Of a stretch of 64,000 nucleotides of DNA, positions 50,790 through 64,000 are shown one piece after another. Source of the DNA: Octopus sinensis (Eukaryota); NCBI RefSeq assembly GCF_006345805.1, contig NC_043000.1, forward strand, positions 119,908,001-119,972,000, written 5' to 3'. The position numbers and the translations under genes are program-made. The number at the start of each line of letters is the position of its first letter. Position 1 is the stretch's first letter. The notes below the pieces were generated by a model, which did no database searches, was not told where the DNA came from, and saw only the letters and a list, made by a program, of their open reading frames with translations.

Positions 50790-51979
50790 GTACCCTCATG
50801 TTATAAGAAGGTGAATTCAAGAGAAGTGGTGTCAGTGGGCAAATATGGTTGCAGGATTGTGAGAGTGGAGACGAAGATGTGTAAAGATGGGAATAGAAGG
50901 AAATTTGATCATCATCACCAGCAGCAGCACAGCAGCAGCAGCAGCAGCAGAAGCAACAACAAAAAGCACAAAAAAACATTGGTCTTCTTGTTGTAGTCGA
51001 GGGCTCTTCGTTGACGCCCCACACCACCAGGAGGTGGCCCTCGAAGTCACTGGAAATAGAGATCTCCAGGTCCAAATTCTTGAATGGCGCATGTCATCTA
51101 CGATAGTCCACGGATCCATCGCCCTCCGCAAATGCCAACCTCTCCAGAGGCTCTGGCCTGTGACCCTCTCCTTGTCCTTCGGATCTGGGAAAAGTGGACT
51201 TCCACTCCCGACCTGCCAGACATCTCCCAACTCACAGAACGGACGCAGTGAAATCACCCTTACCCGTCTTGTTGCTTAACAACAACAACAGCAGAATCGT
51301 TTTTATAATCACTTCTCCATGTTTGTATAGAATTTCTTGTGGCAGATTTTCTACAGCCAGATAGCCTTGCTGTTACCAGCCCCATCCCTTACCTGTTTCG
51401 AAGTGAAGCATTAGTTCTCTATGACCAAACATGCTTTCACAGAAGACTGGAAATGAAGGACACCACTTGTATGACAGTGACACTCGTTTACAACTATCAT
51501 GCTGCATCAGAGCATGGCAACTAATACACACACACACACACACATGCATAAAAGCTGAACATGCAAACATGCCAAAGAAAAAAAAATGACTGAACATGCT
51601 TTTTCCTTCACTATTCTCGTTGTTTGCAAATTCAAAACACATTATGTCATGATATTTTATTGTATAAACAAGAAGCAGAAGTACAGCAAAGTGCATTGTC
51701 TGTTTTGCATCAGTTTTATTTCAGTACCCCTACTTTTTTTTTTGTTTTTTTGTTTTTTACAACCTCCTTGCTCTTGTTAGCTTCTTCTCTGCTCCTTGTT
51801 CTCTCTCTGCATACTATTGTTTATTAACACACTATTGTTATTTAGCTGAAAGCAACATTGGAAGCCAGTGGTCACCTTTCATTCTCTTTGGGTACTGAAG
51901 AAAAAATAAACAGGGCCCCAAAAAGACAGCAAATACATCTGCATTCATTTTAGCCCCTGCTGCCTAACATAGTGTGTAT

Positions 51980-52452
51980 GGCTTGTTGTTGTTGTTGTTG
52001 TTGTTCTTCTTCTTCTTCTTCTTCTTGTTCTTGTTCTTTTTGTTTTTGTTGTTGTTGTTCTTCTTCTTCTTGTTCTTGTTGTTCTTCTTCTTGTTCTTGT
52101 TCTTCTTCTCCTCCTCATTGTTGTTGTTCTTCTCGTTTTTGTTGTTCTTCTCGTTCTTGTCCTTCTCCTCCTCCTCGTTGTTCTTCTTCTTCTCGTTGTT
52201 CTTGTTCTTCTTCTCCTCCTCCTTGTTGTTGTTGTTCTTCTTCTTCTCGTTTTTGTTGTTCTTCTCTTGTTCTTCTCGTTCTTGTTCTTCTTCTCCTCCT
52301 CCTTGTTGTTGTTCTTCTTCTCGTTGTTTTTCTCTTTGTTGTTCTTCTCGTTGTTCTTCTTGTTGTTTTTCTCATTGTTGTTCTTGTTCTTCTTCTCTTC
52401 CTCCTCTTCTTCCTCGTTGTTTTTGTTGTTGTTGTTCTTCTTCTTCTTCGTT
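51980..52452. repeat. (GTT/CTT/CTC)n compound trinucleotide array
   Basis: Direct reading; nearly A-free on the + strand. Confidence 0.98.
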
Positions 52453-52512
52453 GACATTTTATAAATACCTGTGTTTGTGAATGATTCTATTCTCTTCTTT
52501 CTCCTTTCTCAG

Positions 52513-52576
52513 GCTGATATTAAAGTTTCGGGCCTTCCTTTACAAATCATTGCTGAAGCGGTCCAGCAAGCATTCA
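52513..52576 (+). CDS. PNPT1: PNPT1 internal exon, end of RNase PH domain 2
   Basis: ctttctcag|GCT GAT ATT AAA...GCA TTC A|gtaagt; 64 nt; ADIKVSGLPLQIIAEAVQQAF, continuing the conserved ALQ|ADIK. Confidence 0.95.
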
Positions 52577-52599
52577 GTAAGTATCCCTGTTATATACAA

Positions 52600-53760
52600 A
52601 CATACATACTTCCATAGACACACACACTCACTCACATACACATAAATGCATATATACATACATGCACATACAAGCATATATATGCATACCTACAGATATG
52701 CACATAAATCCATATATACACATACACACATGCATATATATATATATGCATATAGGCATGCATACACATACATATATATATGTATGCATGTACTCATGCA
52801 TACATCTTTGTTGGTGCATATGTTCATACACCACACACTTGCACATGCATACAGAGATCCATACACATACATACACATATGTACATATACATGCATATAT
52901 ATATTCATACATACATACATAAATACATGCATACATACAAATACTTACATATTCTCATGCATACATACATATTCTCATACATGCATATATGCATACATAC
53001 AGACATGTAAACATACATGCAGACTTCAAACATGCATACATACACATACGTACATACATACATACATGCATATATACACATACTTACATATTCTCATGCA
53101 TATATACATACATGAATTCACATACTTACATATTCTCATATATGCATTATACGTTCAGACATGTATACATATAGACATATACGTACATATACGTACATAT
53201 ACTCATACATGCATACATACATAAATACATAGACATCCATACATACTGACAGACAGACATACATACATACATCATACATACATGCATCATTCATGCACAC
53301 ACACTTATATACTTATACATACACATGCATACATATACATGCATACATACATATACCTATATATACTCATACATACATACATACATACATATATATACAC
53401 ATACATACATATATTCACACATGGATGCATACAGACATGCATACAAACATCACCTGTTGTTGTCATTGTCGTGGTCATCATTCTCATCATTCATTCACCT
53501 AAGTCTGACTCAGAAGAACTAAAAACTGAAATATAATTGATATCACTCGGAAGCGGTGATACACAATCTAGGAAAAAAAAGAAATCTTTCTACTGCTCAT
53601 ATTGTAGTTGCTGTCATCGTCTTCATTATTATTATCATCATTATCATCATCATTATTATTATTATTATTATTATTATCATCATCATTATTATCATCATTA
53701 TTATCATTATCATCATTATTATTATTAATATTATTATTATTATTATTATTATTATTAAGT
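52600..53760. repeat. CA/TA-rich low-complexity tract followed by an (ATT/ATC)n array
   Basis: Direct reading. Confidence 0.95.
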
Positions 53761-54240
53761 GAGAGAGCAGTGCATGCCACCAAAATGACACTGGGGTAAA
53801 ATGGGTAAAATGTATGAAGCCCAGTATACCCATCATGACTACCCGTCTGATAAGGGTACACCAGGCACATGCATCACAACCAAATGTGTGCGACATAGGG
53901 ATCTCATATCAAGATAAACAGTGCATGACCTTGCAGGTGGGCCCCAGTTAGAATTTTCTTCTGGTTGAGTAACCCATCCCGCTTAAAAGGTCCCTGAATA
54001 AGGGTCGTTTAAGGATGTTGAACGAGACACTCCTGTTTCATGAGGTGCATTATTCAAACCCCAAAGAATCCCTCTCAACACATGGCTATGATGCTCCCCC
54101 ACTACTTCTGCTCGTGATCAGAGATACATATCGTCAGCCACTAAGGGACATGCTCAACTGGTTAAGGTCAAACAACTGACAAGCAAATCTGCAGTATTGA
54201 GCAGAATATTTGCTGTAGCCCATCTTTTATACCAAGACAA
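53758..54240 (-). mobile_element. Unclassified 480-bp element embedded in an (ATT)n microsatellite
   Basis: Complex sequence bounded on both sides by ATT/ATC arrays; minus-strand end ctctcacttaataataat. Confidence 0.45.
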
Positions 54241-54614
54241 AATATTATTATCATTATTGTTATTATTATCATCATGATCATCATCATTATGATTATTGCA
54301 ACATTTTTCTATGATCTGTTTTGGTTTGGGGAGATATATATCGATAATGAGCTGTGGGAGCTGTAATTCTTGTAAGACATTTTTCTCTGAGGTTATTGTC
54401 GTTAATGAAACAGCGATCCAGTTTATTGGCTTTTAGGACTCTGATTGAGCTGAAATGCTGAGCAAAGTTATTCCTCGTTAAAGCGTGTTTATTTGGTTGT
54501 ATATTTGTTTTTGTGTTGGTTTTTTTTTTATGACTATCTTTCTACATTAGCATGCGTTGACAAATGTATATTACTAAGGTGTTATTTTACAGCTGGATGC
54601 CTTTCCTGTTACTC

Positions 54615-55025
54615 TTTTACTCGTTTCAATCATTTGACTGTGGCCATGCTGGAGCACTGCCTTTTAGTCGAGAAAATCGACCCCAGGATTTATTCTTTGA
54701 TAGCCTAGTACTTATTCTATCGGTCTCTTTTGCCGAACCGCTAAGTGACAGGGACGTAAACATATCAGCATCGGTTGTCAAGCAATGTTGGTGGGGGACA
54801 AACACAGACACAAACATATACGCACACATATACATACATATACACACACACATATATATATACATCGAGCTTCTTTCAGTTTCTGTCTACCAAATTCACT
54901 CACAAGGCTTTGGTTGGCCTGACGCTATAGTAGAAGACACTTGCTGAAGGTGCCACACAGTGGCACTGAACCTGAAACCATGTGGTTTTTAAGCAAGCTA
55001 CTTAGCACACAGCTACTCCTTACTC
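54615..55025 (-). mobile_element. SINE family A
   Basis: Full body, reverse orientation. Confidence 0.8.
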
Positions 55026-55259
55026 CTAAAACCCAGCTGCAATGGCTGGGTTTTAGGATGCTTTAATCCAGCCTATCTTTCTAACTCATGCCGACAGAAA
55101 AGACTAGACATAAAACTTGATTATAAAGATTAATGTCGCTGAAGACTATAATTATGATGATGGTGATGATATCTATATATCACAAAATTACACAGTTATA
55201 TATTACACACATCTATGCTTATTAAACACATATTACACCCAAAATTTCGTATACATATC

Positions 55260-55493
55260 TACATACATCTATTTGTGTGTGTATGTATGTTTATATATTT
55301 ACATATATATATATATATATATATATATACAGTCTTACATACATACATATATATATATATTTTATGTATTTATGTGTGTGTGTATTTTATATATATGTGT
55401 GTATATATGTATGTATATATGTACATATACATTGTGTATATATATGTATGTATACACATATACATATATGAATATATATATACACACACATAT

Positions 55494-55536
<43 letters not shown>

Positions 55537-56030
55537 TATACATACATACATATATATGTATACACGCACGTACATACATACACAAACATATATGTATACA
55601 TGCACATACATACATACATACATACAGACACACACATGTATGAAATCTGATGGCAGGAGAGGAGTGGGGTATTTTTCCATGCTTCACTTATTCCATCTCT
55701 CCCCACTTCACTGATTTATTGAACAACTGGCCATATACTATTTATTGAACTGACTGTACTATTTATTGTCCGCTGACAACACCCCCCTCCCTCGCCACCT
55801 CTATCGCACCTTGCTGCCACCACCACCACCATCACCATCACCACAGACTTATATTTACTTATCTATCTCCCTCTTTATGAAGCTCTCTTTAATTTCTCAT
55901 CATGTCTCTTGTATTTCTCTCTCTCTTTCTCTCTCCTCCTATCTTTCTCACTCTCTCTGTCTCTCTCTCTCTCTCTTATCTTTCTCATCCTCTTTGTCTG
56001 TCTGTCTCTCTCCCCTCTCATTTTTCTCAC

Positions 56031-56064
<34 letters not shown>

Positions 56065-56930
56065 ATGCACTTGGCAGAATTTTGTTTCTCTTCTTCTTCC
56101 TTTCTCTCCTTCATGTCTTTTATCTCTCTCTCTCTCTTCCTCTTTCCTTTTCTTTGTTTCTTCCTCCCTTCCTCTTCACCCTTCTTGTTTCCTCATCTTT
56201 TCATCATCTTTCATCCACTACTTTTCATCTTTCGTCTTTCATCTCCCTCTCACCCCCTCTCTTTCTCACCCGCGTTTTCTCTCATCTTCATCTTTTATCT
56301 CTCTCTCTCTCTCTCCTTCATCTCCTTCTCTCTCTGTCTACTTCACTATCTCTCCGTCCTTCAGCTATCTCTTTCACTTATCTCACATCTATCATTCTCT
56401 CATCTATACGTATTTCTCTCTCTCTCTTTCTTTCTTCCTTTCCTTCCTTCCTTCCATCTATCTATCTCTCTGTCTCCCCCCCTCTCTCTCCTGCCTTCTT
56501 TTGTTCTCTATTTTTTTTTGTTTTCTTTACATTGGACCCATTTTTTCTTTTTCTTTGCCTTCTACTTTCTCCTTTTCTCTTCACAATTTACTTTCCCCTC
56601 AACTCTCATACAAACTCATCGTTTCATTCTCTCTCTCCCTCACACACACACACACACACACACATGCACTTTTCTATCTCTCCCTATTTATACATACACT
56701 TATTCTTTCTCTTTCTCATCTCTTTCATAAATACGTAGAAGCATACTCTCTCTCTATTTATCTATTGTTTCCCCTCATACTGTCTCTCTCTCCATCTCTT
56801 TCTCTTTCCATCTCTCTCTCCGTCTCTCTCTCTCTCCCTCTCCCTCTCTCTCTCTCCATCTCTCTCTTTCCATCTCCATCTCTCTCTCTCTCCATCTCTC
56901 TCTCAGTACCATCCACATTCCATCACTAGA
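55260..56930. repeat. TA/CA microsatellites followed by an about 1-kb CT-rich polypyrimidine tract
   Basis: Direct reading. Confidence 0.95.
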
Positions 56931-57349
56931 TCTCTCAGCTTATTCCCTCAAAGTTCTCTTAGATTCTCTTCTTTCTCTCTTTGTATCTCTATCTCTCTTT
57001 CTCTCTCCTATCCATCATGGGGCTCCGTTCCGATACATTCTCTGCTGTATTATTGTTGTTGGCAGTGATACAAACATCAACAACAGCATGACAGACCTAA
57101 CCCCGCCCTTTGCCATCATCATCACCAGTATCATAATCATCATCGGCATCATGCAACCAGCAACGATAAAAAATATGAAGAACAAAGAAAAACCCCTCCA
57201 AAAATTCTAAGTAAAGGGAAAAATATATAAATAAAAATTTCCCCAATGCTATGTCCCACAGGCTTAGCCATACATTGCTCCGTTCCACCTCCAAACATAA
57301 AAGAACTGACTTCAGCCTCCCCCCATCCTCTTCAATCACTACACACACA

Positions 57350-57381
57350 CACACACAGAATATATATATATATACATGCAT

Positions 57382-57413
<32 letters not shown>

Positions 57414-57509
57414 ATATTATATATTATACATGCATATATATATATATATATATATACATGCATATATATTATATATATATATATATTATATATATATATT
57501 ATATCATCA

Positions 57510-57540
<31 letters not shown>

Positions 57541-57713
57541 ACATGCATATATATTATATATATTATATATTATATATTATATCATCAACATATATATATA
57601 TAATATATATATATATATATTATATATATATACATGCATATATATTATATATATATATATATTATATATATATTATATCATCATCATATATATATATATA
57701 TATATATACATGC

Positions 57714-57748
<35 letters not shown>

Positions 57749-57870
57749 ATTATATCATCATCATATATATATATATATATATATACATCATATATATTAT
57801 ATATATATATATATATTATATATATATATTATATCATCATCATATATATATATATATATATAATATGTAC
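57350..57870. repeat. (TA)n array with periodic catgca/catcatca interruptions
   Basis: Direct reading. Confidence 0.97.
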
Positions 57871-58146
57871 AATATATTAGATTTTCTACCACATCTGTCC
57901 AGTGTGGCTTCCAGCCCTTCCATGCCAACCACTCTCCACTACATCTCTCTTACTCTCTGACCCAGCCTTGCAGATGAGATGGTAGGTCGGGGATACAGAC
58001 TAGCAAGAAAACAAATCTAAACTGGTTCTTGTTCCATTCTGCAGATTTTGTATGGAATTCGGACAACTTTTCTGGCATGAGTTATGTACCACTTGCTTGT
58101 ACCATTTCATCACATGGTGGTACCTGTGTTTTTTATGTCAGACAGA

Positions 58147-58192
<46 letters not shown>

Positions 58193-58422
58193 GATAATAA
58201 TAATAATATGAGGGAATATTATTCCAAACTTACAGGGAAAAATTCAATTTAGAAATACTAAATCAAATTTCACAAAATATAATATATGAATATAAATTAG
58301 AAGAGAACCCACCTTTCAACAATGAAAAATTAAATTATACCATCTAGAAAATTACATATTATAGAAAGATTATACGATAAAACATATAACAATGATTAAG
58401 TAATGTGCAAAATAATAAATAA

Positions 58423-58463
<41 letters not shown>

Positions 58464-58468
58464 TATTC

Positions 58469-58631
58469 ACAAAGCTACTATTGTTTCATGCTGAGAATTC
58501 TCAGTAATTGTCAAGTCTGCCACATGGATATTGCTACTCGGTTCTAAGATGGAAACAAGTACCAATATCCCATGTGGCAAGCTTGACAATTGTTGAGAAT
58601 TATCTCTGCATGAAACCAATGGTAGCCTTGT
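58469..58631. mobile_element. Foldback/MITE: about 70-bp imperfect inverted arms with a 19-nt loop
   Basis: 58469-58538 pairs with 58558-58631. Confidence 0.7.
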
Positions 58632-58869
58632 TAATTAGCAAATAAAGAATATTTATTAACCAATGCAATGTTGAGCACTCATTCTCACTGCTTGATATAA
58701 GCATGTGTGTGTGTGTATATAACATAAAGGGTTAGGGATTTGGAATATGGGCAGGTATGTTATTACCATTCTAATATAATCTGGATCTGGCCAACCAAGT
58801 TGAATGAAAATGGACATGCAGAATTGTTTAAGATAAACAATTACACAGTACATCACTCAATTGATAAAT

Positions 58870-59085
58870 CCCGAGTGAGGTCGTTGCCAGAACCGCCTGA
58901 CTGGCCCTTGTGCTGGTGGCACGTAAGAAGCACCCACTACACTCTAGGAGTGGTTGGCGTTAGAAAGGGCATCCAGCTGTAGAAGCTCTGCCAGATAAAG
59001 ATTGGAGCCTGGTGCAGCCATCTGGCTCGCCAGCCCTCAGTCAAAATCGTCCAACCCATGCTAGCATGGAAAGCGGACGTTAAAC

Positions 59086-59130
<45 letters not shown>
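58870..59130 (+). mobile_element. Family C with a long (GAT)n tail
   Basis: Tail at 59086-59128. Confidence 0.85.
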
Positions 59131-59159
59131 ACAGAGGATATAATGAGGACATCATAATG

Positions 59160-59505
59160 AAGAACACACGTGGACATGCCTACCAAGTCAGAAAACAGCA
59201 CAGCTCCCATGACTTTCGGAAACATTTTTTCATGCTCAGAGTTGCTGAAGCATGGAACAAACTGCCTGCGTCAGTTGTTGACTGCCATGACACTGCATCC
59301 TTTAAGGCCCTCATGCTCTCCGAAATCTGCCGAAACTACACCTGATTGTCCCCCTTCCATACTCATACACATATGTGTATGTCATGACTCATGCACTGTT
59401 CTTTTCCTGACGCTTGTACATTACCCTATGTACTATACATACACATTAGATGAGTTGTAGTGCACCTGAGCATTGTACACATCATCATCATTTATTATTA
59501 TTATT
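59160..59505 (+). mobile_element. CR1/L2-type LINE 3' end
   Basis: NTRGHAYQVRKQHSSHDFRKHFFMLRVAEAWNKLPASVVDCHDTASFK (TRGH...FF..RV...WN.LP), stop at 59345, 3' UTR ending in (cat/tat)n. Confidence 0.85.
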
Positions 59506-60843
59506 TTAACAGAAAATTGTACGTCTTCAAAATTTATTTATTACAAAATAAATCTGATGAGAATAATACTGTAATAAATGAAATTTGAAGATGTATAGTT
59601 CTCCGTTCTTTTTTATGATGTCTGTATATTCTCTTATTCATTTGATTGCGGCCATGCTTGAGCACTGCCTTTAGTCGAACAAATCGAACCCAGGACTTAC
59701 ACTTTGTAAGCCTAGTATTTATTCTATCTGATCCCTTTTGCTGAACCACTAAGTTACGGGGACATAAACACACCAGCATTGGTTGTCAATTGATGTTGGG
59801 GGGGCAAACACAAGTGCACACACACACACTCACACACGCACACATACACACACACACACACACACATATATCTCATCATCATGATCATCATCATTTAACG
59901 TCCGTTTTCCATGCTATCATGGGTTGGATGGTTCGACCGGGGTCTGGGAAGCCAGGAGGCTGCACCAGGCTCCAGTCTGATCTGGCAGTGTTTCTACAGT
60001 TGGATGCTTTTCCTAACGCCAACCACAGTGCTCCAGCATGGCCGCAGTCAAATGATTGAAACAAGTACAAGAGTAAAAGAAAAAAGTATTCTCTGAAATG
60101 TATTTTATTAATTGCTTTCAAATGCCACATAGTAGGACTGAACCTGGGACCACATGGCTGGGAAGTAAGCTTGTCAACCACACAGCCATGTCTACTTCTT
60201 TATACATGCTTTGTGCACCAGCCACAGAACAGACTTTATCACTTCTCTTTCTATGTCTTTGATAGTCTTCTTGTTTTTCTTCTTCTTCTTCTCCTGTGAA
60301 TACCTTCCATATACAGCATATGACACTCGTCCATACCAAAGTAGCTGAAATCTCCTACAGATATCAACTAATATCTTTGATAGTCGATATCTCTCTCTTT
60401 CTGCCTCAGTTCTATTCTGTCTTGAAGGCAAACTAAAATTGAACATTCTCTGAAATGTACTTTATTAATTGCTCTCAAGTCGACACACATTCAATACACA
60501 TGTCTTGTTAGCATATAGCATCACACGCCATACTTCCACATGCTTCATGCAGTTCCAACTTTACTAAAGACAGAGAAATTCTTTGTTGTGAAAAGGAGTA
60601 ACATTTCTTTCAGTTCCATCAACTCTTGTATCCATACTTTCACTTCTATAGCCTCTAGTATCAACTGTTGTTTTTGTTGTTTGTTTTTCTCCAAGTTGGC
60701 TCTAATTAAAGAATCTCTAATTAAAGAGATTCCGTTTTTTTTTTTTTGTTGTTGTTTTTTTTCTTTTCCTGGGCATGATATAAACTAGATTACAATATCT
60801 AATGTTTTTTTTCTTTTTTTTCTTTAGTAAGATGTTAGGATAG

Positions 60844-61058
60844 GGCGGTGAGCTGGCAGACATGTTAGCACGCCGGGCGAAATGCTTAGCGGTATTTCGT
60901 CTGTCGCTACGTTCTGAGTTCAAATTCCGCCAAGGTCGACTTTGCCTTGATGAAAGGCAAAGTTGACCATGGCAGAATTTGAACTCAGAACATAAAGACA
61001 GATGAAATACCGCTAAGCATTTCGCCAGCCATGCTAGCGTTTCTGCCAGCTTTCTGCC
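60844..61058. mobile_element. Two inverted SINE family B 5' halves fused into a foldback
   Basis: 60844-60948 and 60954-61058 are reverse complements separated by 5 nt. Confidence 0.85.
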
Positions 61059-61239
61059 TTTGTATGTACATATATATATGTATATATTATAAGCATGTCC
61101 AGGCTATTTGTTATTTGTTAAACCGAGAGATTCTTACTTCACTTGGAAACTAGTAGGAGGTGGTGACAGTAGAAACCTCTGACCCATGCAAGCATCAAAA
61201 AGTGGATGTTAAAAACAGGATGGTCGCAGTTGGAACACC

Positions 61240-62212
61240 ACTGATCATAAGTTTGCATGATTAGGTCTGACACTGACTAAATAGCAAAACAACTCAAACA
61301 TGCTTAGGAACACACACATATATATGTATATATATATATGGAAAGCGGATGTTAAACGATGATGACAATATATATATATATACACACACACATATATATT
61401 TATATATACACACATATATATATATATATTTATATATACACACATATATATATGTATGTACACACACACATATATGTATGTACACACACACACATACATA
61501 TATATATAATATATAGAGAGAGAGAGAGACACACACACATATATGTATGTATGTATGTACACACACACAAACACACACAATCACACACGTTCTATATAGT
61601 TTTTAAATTATACTGTGAAAGATCACAGGATACACACATACACACATACTTCCATAGTACACATACATACATAGTTTCTTATTGAAACTATGTTGTAAGA
61701 AACACACACACACACACACCACACACACACACAGTATATGTTTTTAAAGCTGTACTTTAAAACACAGGACAAATAGACGTATGCATACATATGCACAAGC
61801 TCTCTCTATCTCACAACACATACATGCATGTACACACTACCACTCAAACACACGCATACACATTATATATTTTTCTCAAACTATCTTGTAAAAAGCACTG
61901 GACAGACAGACACACACTCACACTCTCATACATGCACAGACACATGTACACACACACAGACTGACAGACACATACACACATACACACTCTCTCTCTCTCA
62001 CAGACACACACTCACACAAACATACACACTCTCACTACTCTCACAAACATACACACTCTCACTACTCTCTCTCACACACACACACACACACTCTCTCTCT
62101 CTCTCTCTTTCTCTCTCACACACTCTTACACAGATGCATACACAGACACGCACACACACACACTCTCTCTCTTTCTCTCTCACACAGATGCATACACAGA
62201 CACGCACACACA

Positions 62213-62249
<37 letters not shown>

Positions 62250-62310
62250 TCTCTCTCTCTTTCTCTCTCACACACTCTCACACAGATGCATACACAGACA
62301 CGCACACACA

Positions 62311-62354
<44 letters not shown>

Positions 62355-62427
62355 CTCTTTCTCTCTCACACACTCTCACAGATGCATACACAGACATGCA
62401 CACACACACACACACACTCACACACAC

Positions 62428-62464
<37 letters not shown>

Positions 62465-63530
62465 TACTCTCTGTCACACAGACATGCATACACAGACTGA
62501 CATACAGATGCATGCACACTCACAACCACACACTGAGACAGACAGACACTCTCAGCCAGACAGACACTCTCAGCCAGACAGACACACTCAGCCAGACAGG
62601 CACACACACACACACACACACACACACTCTCCCACTATATCTACATACATAATTTCCTCCTGTTGTTCTCTATCTTTATTTTTCTTCACAAGACTTTTAT
62701 CATTGTTTTATTCTTATTTTTCTTCATTTGTCACGTTCCTCTCTCATTTTCTATTTTTTTCCTTTCTTTTATTAATATTTTTCTTTCTTTTTATTCATAT
62801 TTTTCCATCCTTCTTTATTAACTCTTCAGCTTCTCATTTTTTCTCTTCATTTTTCTATTTCGTTGTCCTTTTTTTCTCTTTCTTTTTTTTCTCACTTTTT
62901 GCTTATCTTTTGGACTTTTTTTTATCTCTGAATCCCCACCTCCTCCAGTGCCAACTCTCCTGATGTCTTCCTCCATCCACTAACCTTACCTGCCCCTTAT
63001 TTTTTCATATCTTTCTTCCTCTCCAGTTTGTTGTTGTTGTTGTTGTTCTTCTTCTTCTTCACTCTCTCTCTCCCTCTCTCTAGGTTTATGCATTTTTGTC
63101 TGTCTGAGCCCCCTCTCTCCTCTTTCTATCTCTCTATTTTTCTCACCGCACACACACTCCCTATTGTGCATTCCCTCTCTCTCTCCCCTCAGTCCCCTCC
63201 CTCCCTCTCTCCCTGTCTTTTCTGTATTTCTGTCCCTCTCTAACTCTTTCTCAACTTCTCTCTTTCTCTCTCACTCTCTCTTTCTATATTTCTGTCTCTC
63301 TCTCTTCTCTCTTTGTCTTACTGTTTTTCTACCCTACCCCTCTCTCTTTCTCACTTCTATACCCCCTTACCCCCTCTCTTCCTCCTCACTCTCCTCTTCT
63401 ACTTTATTATTCTTATTCTTCCTACATTTTTATCTCTGCCTTTTCTCTCTTTCTCTCTCCCTTTTCTTTCTTTCTCCCTCTCTCCCTATCTATATTTTTC
63501 CTTATCCCCATACGCCTTACTCTCCCTCTC
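61240..63530. repeat. CA/TA, CA/CT and CT-rich low-complexity block
   Basis: Direct reading. Confidence 0.92.
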
Positions 63531-64000
63531 CACCCCAGCTTTTTTCTGATCTTAGGGAGTTTGGCAAGGTCACCAACGAACAGCATTTTATTCACCTCCA
63601 TCACCATCCCTATCTCTGCCATCATCCTCACCTCCACCTCACCTCCACCACTACCCTCATGACCCTCACCATCGCCATTGCCACCATGACCACTTTCGCC
63701 ATCATTGCCATTGCCACCACCACCATCACCATCATCCTCTCCATCATCGCCGTCATCCCCATAGATTCTATTGCTGACATTGCTTCAGATTAAACCTGCC
63801 ATTCTTCACTAATGCAACAAATGTATTTTGCTGATCTGCTAATCCAGACTGCCATTTGCCTCCTCTCACATCTTGTCAAGAACTTCATCAATATCTTGCA
63901 AAAACCTAAAGTATTTCACAAATCTCTTCTTATAATCACTTACTCGTATGTAGACATGGCTCTTGTTGTTGGGGAACGAAACCAACCTTGTCCTTTCTGC

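Larger units (their letters stand above)
29874..52512 (+). other. PNPT1: PNPT1 GT-AG intron, 22,639 bp, phase 0
   Basis: Bounded by the ALQ| and |ADIK exons. Confidence 0.9.

Noticed and set aside
55766-56929. 387-aa Ser/Leu/Phe-rich ORF and similar long ORFs (2224-2955, 22399-23176, 51945-52480, 57246-57880, 61828-62963)
   Set aside because: Translations of microsatellites that lack stop codons.
57017-57091. Signal-peptide-like MGLRSDTFSAVLLLLAVIQTSTTA
   Set aside because: Stops after 24 codons; no donor site or continuation.
58045-58147. Open exon-shaped segment matching phase 1 as the next PNPT1 exon
   Set aside because: The peptide has no resemblance to the expected linker/KH region; probably chance. 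The next exon likely lies beyond 64000.

Overview
Eukaryotic, AT-rich, microsatellite-dense genomic DNA. The repeat landscape (RTE LINEs, several tRNA-headed SINE families, long TA/CA/ATT arrays) points to a coleoid cephalopod, most likely Octopus; this is an inference. The only host coding sequence I can support is three + strand exons of mitochondrial polynucleotide phosphorylase (PNPT1, second RNase PH domain) at 9332-9495, 29802-29873 and 52513-52576. They splice in frame across introns of 20,306 and 22,639 bp. Everything else reads as intron. It contains one long, nearly open RTE ORF2 copy, RTE and CR1 fragments, a Helitron carrying a Pif1 helicase piece, a Buster-type hAT fragment, several MITEs (piggyBac-like, Merlin-like, Sola-like, foldbacks) and dozens of SINE copies. 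The most interesting signal is three unrelated short repeat families that each carry a minimal type I hammerhead-ribozyme-like fold of the kind known from Penelope-like elements: one sits behind a tRNA-like Pol III head, one is split across a near-perfect inverted duplication, and one has a consistent U at core position 6. There are also two apparent microhomology-flanked templated insertions and several tight dsRNA hairpins. Nearly all ORFs in the supplied track are microsatellite or SINE artefacts. SINE and microsatellite boundaries are approximate.
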